Positions 43,653 to 53,392 of a DNA stretch of 64,000 nucleotides are shown piece by piece. The position numbers were made by a program, and so were the translations under genes. Each line of letters starts with the position of its first letter. Within the stretch, counting starts at the first letter, position 1. This DNA is from Candidatus Latescibacterota bacterium (GTDB lineage: Bacteria > Latescibacterota > UBA2968 > UBA8231), in assembly GCA_965206595.1 (NCBI GenBank), contig OZ242214.1, positions 5,184,001 through 5,248,000 of the forward strand, read 5' to 3'. The notes below the pieces were generated by a model. It was not told the DNA's origin, ran no database searches, and worked only from the letters and a program-made list of their open reading frames with translations.

Positions 43653-44068
43653 ATGCCTTCAGGAGACGGGACCAGCCAGACAGGCATCCGCTTTCAGCCC
43701 GACGAGAGTCCGCCGCACCTCCTCTCCGCCGGCATGGGAGTTCAGGCAGCGATGCTCGTCCTGGCTGCCTTGCCGGCGAGGAGACGCTGTTGAGCCTCGG
43801 GATGCCGGAAGAAGGGGAAGAAGCCGGGCAGAAGCGGGGTCTGCTTCTGTTCGCCAACCGCGACGGGAGCGCCCTTGGGATGGAGTTTGTGCCCGCCATC
43901 GGTGACGAGAACCTCGAGGACATGATGGTGATGCTGGGGGAACGGGCCGAAGCTCCCGACGAGCGCGAGCTTTCGCTACGCCTGCTGCGGCACGTTGCCT
44001 CGTCGGTGCGTCACCAGCAGTACCACGATACGGACATCGTAACAGTGCGGGTCGAAAGAGACAGCTGA
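43653..44068 (+). pseudogene. Internally deleted NCS2 (xanthine/uracil permease-like) remnant
   Basis: ATG 43653 gives IRFQPDESPPHLLSAGMGVQ (NCS2-like N-terminus), joined out of frame near 43767 to a soluble C-terminal segment EETLLSL...SSVRHQQYHDTDIVTVRV. The TM core is absent. Confidence 0.6.
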
Positions 44069-44223
44069 TTCGCAAAAACGCGCATCTTCGCGCACGGTAT
44101 GGGAGATTCACCCCGGAGGATTTCCGAACCAGCAAACGACAGCCAGCCGGGTGCGGAAACCGGATGGCGGGAACGCTGTGTGAAGGGAGGACAGTCGCGA
44201 GCAGCCCAATGCGGCCGATTGCG

Positions 44224-45838
44224 TCAACCGCCGAGGAGATCCTTCGCTACCTGTCGCGCCTCGTCCAGCGTTTCAACAACCTGTTTCTCCGGTAGGCTTC
44301 GCAGGATATCGAGACCGAAAAGGGTGCCTGCAACAGGACCCTCGAGCCCCATCACGATGGACTCGGTATGCTCCTTTTCCGCGACGTCCAGGAGCTGCGC
44401 GATCAACATGGCGGCACTGTCGTCGAGGTAGGTGGCACCCGAGAAGTCGAAGATGACGACCTCGTGATCCTTGATGTCACCGCCTATCACGCCCACCAGC
44501 TTGTTGGCGGAGGCGACGGTGAAGCTCCCCCTGAGCGCAACCAGGCCGACGCGGGCGGAATAGGGGTCCATCCCGGACGCATCCTCATGTTCGGAGAAGA
44601 ACGTCTGGTCCATCAGCGGCACCGAGACCACGCTGTCGAGCTCCAGGCGTTCCAACTGTCGCGCGTTGGCCATGCCTGCGGCGATCAGCCCTATGGCGAC
44701 GGCGGTTACCAGGTCGACGAACACCGTGAGCCCCAGGGTGAGAACCATGACCAGAAGATGTTCGCGCCGGATGCGGTGGACCCGGGTGAGGAGACGCCAG
44801 TCGATGATGTCCCAGCCCACTTTCATCAGGATGCCGGCGAGAGCTGCGTGAGGAATCGGCTCGACGTAGCGGCCGAGGCCCAGCAGCAGCGCCAGCAGGA
44901 GCAGGGCCCGCAATGCCCCCGATACCTGGGTCTGGCCGCCGGCGCGTATGTTGGTCACGGTGCCCATGGTGGCCCCGGCCCCGGGCAAGCCGCCGAACAG
45001 TCCGGAAACCATGTTGCCGATACCCTGCCCGACGAGTTCCCGGTTCGGGTTGTGGCGGGTACCGGTCAGCGAATCGGCCACCAGGGAGGTGAGGAGGCTG
45101 TCTATGGATCCGAGCAGGGCGAGGATGAGCACCGGTTCCAGGGCGCGTACGAGGAATCCGGCGGAGGGCAGGGTAAACTGCAGGCTCGGCAGGTCGGTCG
45201 GCACCGGTCCGATGACCGGGGCGTCGCTCAACCACAGGACGCCTAGAAGGGTGCCGGCAATCAGGGCCACGAGCAGAGGAGGCAGGAATCTCGCCAGCCG
45301 CCGGGGCCAGAGCACGGCGGCAGCGAGAGGACCGCGGCGATCGCGAAGGCGCCGAAATCGATACTGCCTACCGTCTCGGGCAAAGCCCTGATGGCGTCCA
45401 TGGGTCCACCCGGCGCGGTGGGGGCTCCGAGGAACGGCATGGTCTGAATCAGAATGATGATGATGCCTATGCCGGACATGAACCCGGAAACAACCACGTG
45501 CGGCGTGTAGGCCACGAAGCGGCCGACTTTCGACAGGCCCAGAAGCACCTGCAGCAGCCCGGCCAACACGACGATGGTCAAGGCTTCGGTGAGGTTGGCG
45601 GCGTGGCTGGTCACGATGACGGCCATGGCGACCGCCATCGGCCCCGTGGGTCCGGATATCTGGGACCGGGTGCCGCCGAACACCGACGCGAAGAAGCCGA
45701 CCGCGATCGCCCCGTACAGGCCGGCAGCCGCCCCCAGTCCCGAGGCTACCCCGAAGGCAAGCGCCACCGGAGTGCCACTATCATGGAGGTGATGCCGCCG
45801 AAAAAGTCCCCGCGGAGCGTATGGATGTCGTAGCCCAT
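44224..45838 (-). pseudogene. SulP/SLC26 anion transporter with STAS domain, two frameshifts
   Basis: From ATG 45838: LRGDFFGGIT...ALAFGVASG, QISGPTG, NRELVGQG and STAS IFDFS...YLDDS. One base missing near 45769 and near 45330. Confidence 0.85.
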
Positions 45839-46188
45839 GTCACACCTTCAGGTGTGGTTGAGTTGGGAGGAGTGCAGCTTTTTTCAAGGAACGCCGCTAT
45901 CCTACAGCTGCTTTCTAAGCGTATCCATGGTGATCTACCGCATGAGAGTACGGGCCGAATCTTCGCGTTTTGTCATGTTTCTGCAATTGCCAGAAGCTGA
46001 AACACCCGCGCATCGGACGACACTCCATCTGCCACCCCAGTCGAGCGAAGCAGACACACGTTAGCCGTCAGCTGTCCCCCCGAAGCCACCAAGGGAACGC
46101 GGCACCTGAGCCCGTTTTTTGGTTTTTACGGAGAATGGCTTTGTCACTCTTTCGTTCCTGCGGTATGTTCCTACAAAAAGGAGGAACC

Positions 46189-46554
46189 ATGAAAGCTGTC
46201 AGTGTTCGCGAGCTGAAGAACAATCCGTCGGCGGCGCTTCGAGCGGCGCGGGCACATCCCGTAATGGTGCTCAACCGGCACCATCCGGAAGCCATTCTGT
46301 TTCATCTCGATGACGATTCGTTTCTCTCTGAGCCAGGTATCCGGCGCGCGCTCGCCACGGCTCTGTACCGCGAACAGAGCCTTTCCCTCGGGCAGGCGGC
46401 GCGCTTCTCCGGCCTCGGGACCGGCGCTTTCATCCAGCACATATCCCGGCTTGGCATTCCCGTGGTGGGAGGCAGCGCGGCTTCCGTAAATGAGGACACA
46501 GAGGCGATCAGGGCATGGCGGAAAGACTCGTCGCAGCCGACGCAAGCCCCTTGA
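46189..46554 (+). CDS. Phd/YefM plus UPF0175 fusion antitoxin
   Basis: MKAVSVRELKNNPS and LYREQSLSLGQAARFSG; AGGAGG RBS. Confidence 0.85.
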   Translation: MKAVSVRELKNNPSAALRAARAHPVMVLNRHHPEAILFHLDDDSFLSEPGIRRALATALYREQSLSLGQAARFSGLGTGAFIQHISRLGIPVVGGSAASVNEDTEAIRAWRKDSSQPTQAP

Positions 46555-47021
46555 TCGGACTCGCCTCCGCGGGCGCATTCGACCTGCTTCGCAGGCTGTT
46601 CGGCTGCGTTACCGTAACGACAGCGGTGCGCGACGAGGTGCTGGCGGGGGGCGACCTTCCGGGGGCACGGGAGGTCGCCGAGGCGATCGAGGACGGATGG
46701 ATCGAAGTGGGGACAGCTTGCCCCGACCTGGCGAAGTTCCCCGATCTTGGCGCGGGTGAGGCCAGTACGCTTACGCTCGCCAGCTCGAGAACGGACCAAT
46801 GTCTGGTGTTGATGGACGACCCGTTTGGCCGTGTCCATGCCCGCGTTCATGGACTTTCCGTCACCGGGCTTGCCGGAGTGCTGCTCGCCGCCAAACGCGC
46901 GGGGTTCATACACAGCATCCGGCCCTTCTTCGAGCGCCTCGAGAAAAGCAACTTCAGACTATCGCAGGAAGTCATTCGCACCATCCTTGAACAGGCCGGA
47001 GAAACAGATGCTACGCAATGA
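46515..47021 (+). CDS. DUF3368 PIN-family toxin
   Basis: VADASPLI, VRDE, LGAGEA, LMDD and GLAGVLL.AK; overlaps the antitoxin. Confidence 0.87.
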   Translation: MAERLVAADASPLIGLASAGAFDLLRRLFGCVTVTTAVRDEVLAGGDLPGAREVAEAIEDGWIEVGTACPDLAKFPDLGAGEASTLTLASSRTDQCLVLMDDPFGRVHARVHGLSVTGLAGVLLAAKRAGFIHSIRPFFERLEKSNFRLSQEVIRTILEQAGETDATQ

Positions 47022-47079
47022 GCCATGATGAGGTTCCATTGAAGCCCCGAAGAGGCTCGAACAACAAGGAGCGGACAAC

Positions 47080-48180
47080 ATGAAGGACAGGCAGAGATGG
47101 GCATTTTCCATCGCCGCGCTGATCGCGGCTGCCTTGCTGCCCTGTAGTAGCGCCGTCGCCGAAGACCAGTCGCTGACCGTGGTATCCTGGGGCGGATCCT
47201 ATGCGCGCGCCTGCGTCAAGGGCTACCACGAGCGCTTCACCGCGGAAACGGGAATCGCCGTCCACCTCGAAGACTACAATGGCGGGCTGGCGCAGATACG
47301 CGCCCAGGTCGACGTAGGCAACGTGTACTGGGACGTGGTCGACCTGGAAATCCCCGACATGGTGCGCGGCTGCGACGAGGGCCTTCTCGAGGTCGTTTCG
47401 ATCGACTCGCTGCCGGCTGGAGCCGACGGAACCCCCGCGGCAGAGGATTTTGTCGAGGGAACGGTCACCGATTGCGGCCCGGCCACGATTTTCTACTCGA
47501 CCGTATGCGCCTACAACGAGGAGAATATCCCGGGCGAGAAACCCACCACCATGGCGGATTTCTTCGACTTGGAGACATTCCCGGGCCGCCGCGGAATGCG
47601 GCGCTCGCCACTGGTGAACCTGGAGTTTGCGCTGATCGCCGACGGTGTGCCCCCCGACAAGGTCTATGCCACCCTCGATACACCCGAGGGCGTGGACCGG
47701 GCCTTCCGCAAGCTCGACACCATCAAGGAACAGATCGTGTGGTGGGAGACTGGAGCGCAGCCCCCGCAGATGCTCGCCGACGGCGAGGTGACGATGAGCA
47801 CGGCCTACAACGGGCGCATCTTCAATGCCCAGGTGCTGGAAGATCAGCCCTTCGTCATCGTCTGGGACGGCCAGGTACTGGATACCGGCGGGCTGGCCAT
47901 CGTCCCCGGAACCCCCGATCTCGAGGCGGCGATGAAGTTCGTCGCGTTTGCCTCGACGGCCCGGTCCATCGCCGACGTCGGGCGCTACATCGCCTACAGC
48001 CCGACCCGCCGCTCGGCGATGCCGCTGATTTCGACGCATGCCGAAAAGGGCGTGGACATGAACCCGCACATGCCCACGAGCGAGCAGAACTCAAAGCGCG
48101 CCCTGCACAACAACTGGGAATGGTGGAGCGACCACGGCGACGAAATGAACGAGCGCTTCAGCACCTGGCTGGCCCGGTGA
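47080..48180 (+). CDS. PotD/PotF-like ABC substrate-binding protein
   Basis: Signal peptide, VSWGGSY, FFDLETFPGRR, LEFALIADGV and AYNGR. Confidence 0.9.
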   Translation: MKDRQRWAFSIAALIAAALLPCSSAVAEDQSLTVVSWGGSYARACVKGYHERFTAETGIAVHLEDYNGGLAQIRAQVDVGNVYWDVVDLEIPDMVRGCDEGLLEVVSIDSLPAGADGTPAAEDFVEGTVTDCGPATIFYSTVCAYNEENIPGEKPTTMADFFDLETFPGRRGMRRSPLVNLEFALIADGVPPDKVYATLDTPEGVDRAFRKLDTIKEQIVWWETGAQPPQMLADGEVTMSTAYNGRIFNAQVLEDQPFVIVWDGQVLDTGGLAIVPGTPDLEAAMKFVAFASTARSIADVGRYIAYSPTRRSAMPLISTHAEKGVDMNPHMPTSEQNSKRALHNNWEWWSDHGDEMNERFSTWLAR

Positions 48181-48228
48181 GGGGTCGGCGATGGAAATGG
48201 TAGGAATCCAAAAAGAAGGAGGACCAAA

Positions 48229-48591
48229 ATGGGGGCGACCTACGTTGATGTAACAATCCGGAATCCCGCGGAGCCTAAACGAACCTGGACCGGCGCCTTC
48301 CTGGTGGACACCGGCGCCTTCGACTCGCTTGTACCCAGGGAACACTTGGAAGCGATCGGACTCAAACCAAAGGGTCGCCGGGAGTACACCCTGGCGAATG
48401 GAACCAAGATCAGCCTGGAGATCACGACGGCGGACCTGGAATTCGAGGGAGAGCTCGTAGGCGGCACCCTCGTATATGGAGAGGAAGGTGCCGACCCGTT
48501 GCTCGGGGTAACGGCGCTGGAGTCCGGCGGCTTCGAGGTGGATCCACGAAACCAGGAACTGAAGCGATTGCCGGCGATTTTTCTGAAGTGA
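48229..48591 (+). CDS. Clan AA (retropepsin-like) aspartyl protease
   Basis: FLVDTGA, LANG and PLLGVTALE; AAGGAGG RBS. Confidence 0.88.
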   Translation: MGATYVDVTIRNPAEPKRTWTGAFLVDTGAFDSLVPREHLEAIGLKPKGRREYTLANGTKISLEITTADLEFEGELVGGTLVYGEEGADPLLGVTALESGGFEVDPRNQELKRLPAIFLK

Positions 48592-48631
48592 TGCGAGTTG
48601 GGTCAAACCAACGAAACAGGTGGGGACGACC

Positions 48632-50155
48632 ATGAACCAACAGCAGCCACATCAGTCCGGAAATGGCACCTACTGCCTCGATATCAAGGACTTCGGGCCG
48701 ATCGCCCAAGCGAGGGTGGAGGTACGGCCTCTCACTGTGTTCATCGGGCCGAGCAACACAGGCAAGTCCTACCTGGCGATTCTGATCTATGCGCTCAATC
48801 AATGTATTGGCGGGGATCGCCTTCTCTTTGGCGTCAGGCACAGGATTTCCCTGTTCAATCCCGAAGGCGAGATCTCGCCCGAAATCCATGGCAGCTTGAG
48901 GGATTGGGCCGCTAGGTTATCCGAGCATGAGCAGCCTGAAGGATTGCCCGCTAACGTAGTCGCGCACATTCGATCAAAGCTTGAGGAAGCAAGCGGTCTC
49001 GAACGGGCGTTTACAGAGGAAATACGTCGTTGCTTCGGGATTGACGCGCTCAGGGAACTGGTGCGACGGGAGGGCAGGAGTACGCAAGCGACCGTCAATA
49101 TAGAGGTTCCCCAGAAAGACACGCCGGAAGCGGTTCGCTACGAGTTCAGGTTCGGCTCGAACGAGCCGGGCGCAATCGGTAGCCTGCCGCACGACCTGTC
49201 CGGCTCGCAATCAGATCGCTGGCTCCGCGACCCCGCCGTTCGCCATCTGAGCAGGCTTCTGCACGAGTCTGGTGATCAGGAGACGACCCCCCAAGAGGAT
49301 CGCCTTCGAGAGCTTCTATCCTACCTGACAAGCGTGGCCTTCACATCGTTGTTCAGTCCGCTATTCCCAAATGCGTACTACTTGCCCGCCGATCGCACCG
49401 GGGTCATGCACAGCCATCAAGTGGTCGTCAACACCTTGATCCACAACGCTACCACTGCCGGGCAGCGATCCTCCATGAACCTCCCGATGCTGTCCGGTGT
49501 GTTGGCCGATTTCCTTGGGGGTCTCATAGGAATGAGTGAACGTCATCACCGAGAATCTTTGGGGAAATTGGCAACGCAACTGGAGGACAAGGTGCTGAAG
49601 GGTACCGTCAGGTTGGACCGCGCCGAAACCGGCTACCCCAGTTTTGCCTATCGCCCGAGCGGTTGGAAGGTGGACCTGCCGCTAATGCGGACATCCTCCA
49701 TGGTTACCGAGCTCACGCCCGTCGTGCTGTATCTGCGCTACCTCGTGTGCCCGGGCGACGTGCTCATCATCGAGGAACCGGAGGCGCATCTGCACCCTGG
49801 CATGCAAGCCGTGTTCGCCCGCGAGATCGCCCGCCTGATTCACTCCGGCGTCCGTGTCATCATGACAACCCACAGCGAGTGGTTCCTGGAGCAGATCGGA
49901 AATCTCGTCAGGCTTTCCTCATTGCCGGAAAACAAACGGAAAGGCATCGTGGGAGCGGATGTCCCACTGCGTCCCCAAGACGTCGGCGCGTGGCTGTTCA
50001 AGCCTACGCAACGCCCCAAGGGTGCGGTCGTAGAGGAAGTCGTTCTGGACCCGGAGACGGGTCTGTTTCCAACCGATTTCGATCTGGTCAGTGAGACCCT
50101 GTACAACGAAGGCGCCGAGATATTCAATCGGTTGCAGGAAGGCAAGGGCCAATGA
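48632..50155 (+). CDS. ABC-type/AAA ATPase (AAA_15/AAA_21-like)
   Basis: DFGPI, Walker A GPSNTGKS, YLPADR, SSMVTEL, Walker B IIEEPEAHLHP and TTHS. Confidence 0.9.
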   Translation: MNQQQPHQSGNGTYCLDIKDFGPIAQARVEVRPLTVFIGPSNTGKSYLAILIYALNQCIGGDRLLFGVRHRISLFNPEGEISPEIHGSLRDWAARLSEHEQPEGLPANVVAHIRSKLEEASGLERAFTEEIRRCFGIDALRELVRREGRSTQATVNIEVPQKDTPEAVRYEFRFGSNEPGAIGSLPHDLSGSQSDRWLRDPAVRHLSRLLHESGDQETTPQEDRLRELLSYLTSVAFTSLFSPLFPNAYYLPADRTGVMHSHQVVVNTLIHNATTAGQRSSMNLPMLSGVLADFLGGLIGMSERHHRESLGKLATQLEDKVLKGTVRLDRAETGYPSFAYRPSGWKVDLPLMRTSSMVTELTPVVLYLRYLVCPGDVLIIEEPEAHLHPGMQAVFAREIARLIHSGVRVIMTTHSEWFLEQIGNLVRLSSLPENKRKGIVGADVPLRPQDVGAWLFKPTQRPKGAVVEEVVLDPETGLFPTDFDLVSETLYNEGAEIFNRLQEGKGQ

Positions 50156-50626
50156 GCGGGCTGTTTGAATCGGTGGCGGATAAGGTGCCTAGCGAATGTC
50201 ACGCCAAGCGCCTTCGCAAAAGAGGGCTTCTCGGTGTCGATGAAAGGAATTTCCGAAACCCGCGTCGTCGTCGATACCGACTGTAACGCGCTTGACCTGG
50301 GACCTGCAAGTAAGCGGTGCGACTACCTGTTCGTGGGCGAAGAACTGAACGCAGCATGGGTTGCGGCGATCGAGCATAAGAGTGGCTCCTTCAAGGCAGG
50401 GCGGGTCGTGGAACCGCTCCAGGGAGGCGCCAACGTTGCCGACAAATGGCTGCCTGCTGGAAGCTCGTTCCAATTCGTTCCGGTTCTGGCCCATGGAAAG
50501 GGAGTTCACAGGAACGATCAAAGGACGCTTCGTTCCAGAAAAATCAACCTACGTGGTCAGGAGAAACAGACCGTACTGATCCGCTATGGGCAAGAGCTGA
50601 AAGAGGCTTTCCGGCAGAGGCGGTAA
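50152..50626 (+). pseudogene. ATPase-coupled PD-(D/E)XK-like protein, frameshifted
   Basis: ATG overlaps the ATPase stop. Extra A in CGCAAAAGAG (about 50218-50221). Motif RCDY...IEHKSG. Confidence 0.6.
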
Positions 50627-50722
50627 CGCAAAGACGACGGTCCGCCTGCTTTTGTGCGCGGACCTTATACCCGGGTTGAGAATGGGAGTTGAGTGCCATC
50701 AGCCGTAGAATGGGAAGGGTGT

Positions 50723-51532
50723 ATGAACAAAACCGAACTCATGAAAGAGTTGCAAAAGTACGATATAGCCGAGCGTCAGGCTCGGTCCCGGTGCCTCAGA
50801 GGATGAAATCAGGAAGTTCTATTTGCACCCTTCCCTGGCAGATTCCGTTGGGAAGTATTGCTCACTGTCGGTCTTTGAATTCCTGAGTGAAAAGTCCAAA
50901 GAGTGTCTGGAGTTTATTGGCGTTGAGCCGAAGATGAGCGATTTCAGCTTGGCACCAAGCCACTTGCAGGAACTATCGGAGCTGGAAACGCGTGCGGGGA
51001 TAATCTTGAAAGTTATCGGGGGACTATTTGGGGTGGGTGCTATTCTGAAGCGTTCCCCGGATTTGGAAAGATGTATTGCCTATGCGAGGGCGCTTCGGGC
51101 CCATGAACGCAGCCGTCTATCCTTTTGGAGAACCTTGTCATGGCGAGAGTTTGAGATAGAGGTTGCGAGGTTATTTCGTCGAATGGGCTTCAGGTCGAAT
51201 CCAACACCGGCAACTGGAGACAGCGGTGTAGACGTGACTCTTCCGGATGAGATGGGCAGGAATATTCTAGTCCAATGCAAACACCACGCAAGGCCAATCG
51301 GTCCCGCCATCGTTAGAGAAATGCTTGGTACGATCGTCCGTGAAAAGGCTTCTTTTGGCATTACTGTCGCTCTCTCCGGATTTACCCAAGGTGCATACGA
51401 TACAGCTGGACATTCTGTGATGTTATTGGAGGTGGAAGATTTGATAAATCTAAGCAAGCGGAACTTGGTTTTGAATCTTGGGGGGATGGCTTCGCGACCG
51501 CGGAATTTCGACCACAAAGGAGATTTATGTGA
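50723..51532 (+). pseudogene. Mrr-type (type IV) restriction endonuclease domain protein, frameshifted
   Basis: LSWREFE..VARLF...GDSGVD...VQCK...VRE...SGFT is the Mrr_cat pattern. Likely start ATG 50723 with a frameshift near 50778; 3' end inferred. Confidence 0.72.
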
Positions 51533-52546
51533 TGACACTGACTACAAAAAGCTGCCGGCTGCTGCTTGGGGTAGTGGTTTTCGTATTCGCCGGAGCAGAT
51601 ACGGCAAATGCCCAAAGGGCACAGGATATTGCCAGGAAAGCCTTCAGTTCTACCGTTCTGTTTGGTCATGGAGGACGCAAACGGCCAACCGCTTTCCTTG
51701 GGCAGCGGCTTCTTCGTTGGTGCCGGACAGATCGCCAGTAACCTGCATGTCGTCGAAGGGGCGGTGCGCGGCTACGCTAAGCTGGTCGGTCAGAGGACGA
51801 AGCACGACCTTGAAGGCATCACAGCAGTTGATCCCGAACGAGATCTGGTCGTGCTCAAGATCGCAGTCGCGGGAGCGCCGGTCCTGGCTTTTGGTAACAG
51901 CGATGCCGTGCAGGTTGGAGAACCCATTTACGCCGTAGGCAATCCCCAGGGATTGGAGGGCACGTTCTCTCAAGGAGTCGTGAGCAGTATCCGCGAGGTT
52001 GGCATTGATCAGATTCTCCAAATCACGGCTCCGATCTCGCCCGGTAGCAGCGGCGGTCCCGTTCTCAACGGTAAGGGTGAGGTCATAGGTGTTTCCGTTG
52101 CGACTTTCAGAGGCGGACAGAACCTGAATTTCGCCATCCCTTCAAATTACTTGAAGACGCTACTTGGGAAGGCGGGGCCGCCGAAGGCACTTTCACAAGT
52201 GAAACCGATCAAGGTTCAGCATTCGATTTTGGCAGGCCTCGGAGGGCGTAGCTTGGAAGGGGTTGTCGGTAGTCATTTTTCCTGGACTGATATTTCATCC
52301 TGGGGGCATTATACCTTTTCTGTTCGCAACCAGCTACGCGAGCCGGTAAGGGATGTTGTCTGCGTGGTCATCTTTTTTGCGCGGGACGGGCTGCCGATAG
52401 AAACTGAGAAGGTCACGATATTTGGCCCCGTAGGCGGGAATCTAGCCCGGCGCTCCGCGCGGATGGGTCGCGGGTCCGCAGATCAGGTGCGGAACCTGAC
52501 AGCGAGAACCGAGATACGCATTTTGGACTTCCGGTTGGGAGAATGA
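51532..52546 (+). pseudogene. Secreted trypsin-like (S1C) serine protease, frameshifted
   Basis: AAAGGAGA RBS, signal peptide, extra T at 51661-51663; then GSGFFV, NLH, RDL and ISPGSSGGP catalytic triad motifs. Confidence 0.82.
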
Positions 52547-52602
52547 CTTGTGCAAATAACCTCCTTCGGCCCAAAGAGCGAGAGCGTTGGGAGGCTTAGA
52601 CT

Positions 52603-53343
52603 GTGGAGATAGTGGAAAATGGCATGAGGAGAACCTGGGATCCGTTCTGGATTAGCGCATTCCAAACTGAATTCGTGCCTGAACTCAATGCAATCGTAGA
52701 TGTATTCGAGAACCGGCTGCTTCCCAATCTCAAGGAGGGTGAAATCGCAGAGGAGTCGCAGAGGATCCAAGAAGAAGCGTTTGAGCGATTCATGTCGATG
52801 CCGGGTACTGGAGAGGAGGGTCCTTCCGTAATTGCAGAAAAAGCGGAAACGGCTGGAATCTCACATTACATCTTGATGAACGGCATTCGCCAAGGGATGC
52901 TCAACTTGAGTGCGACAATGCTCTTCCATGCTTTTGAACAACAGGTCATCTCCTTTCATCGGAAGAACGTGTTGTCTGAGAGCGAGGAAAATGACCCGGA
53001 GCAGTTCAAATTGTCGGTGTTCCAGTGTCGATTGAAGGAGTGTGGCATCGACATAGGGAAATTTCCCTCTTGGCCGAAGATATATGATGAACTGCGCTTG
53101 GTAGCCAATGCGGTTAAACACGCCGAGGGGAGCTCGTCTCATAAACTGCGCAAGATTCGGCCAGACATTTTCCAGAATCCGCATTTCTCAGGTTTTTCAG
53201 AGTTCTTATCTGGCCTCGGGTCACAGGTATTTCAGCCACTTGTCCGCGATGGTTTATACGTGTCCGTCCAAGATATCAAGGACTACCGTGATCATCTGGT
53301 ACGGTTTTGGTCGGAACTCGCCGATGCTATGAAATGCACCTGA
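52603..53343 (+). CDS. Hypothetical helical protein, HEPN-like
   Basis: Intact 246-aa lower-GC ORF with LFHAFEQ and ELRLVANAVKHAEG. The fold call is inference. Confidence 0.6.
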   Translation: MEIVENGMRRTWDPFWISAFQTEFVPELNAIVDVFENRLLPNLKEGEIAEESQRIQEEAFERFMSMPGTGEEGPSVIAEKAETAGISHYILMNGIRQGMLNLSATMLFHAFEQQVISFHRKNVLSESEENDPEQFKLSVFQCRLKECGIDIGKFPSWPKIYDELRLVANAVKHAEGSSSHKLRKIRPDIFQNPHFSGFSEFLSGLGSQVFQPLVRDGLYVSVQDIKDYRDHLVRFWSELADAMKCT

Positions 53344-53392
53344 CCCGTCAGTGCACATGGGAATCCGTAACAGGGCAAATCTGGATAGTAGG

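Noticed and set aside
50823-51938. 371-aa ORF taken as one protein
   Set aside because: Its last ~135 codons are an out-of-frame read through the protease gene.
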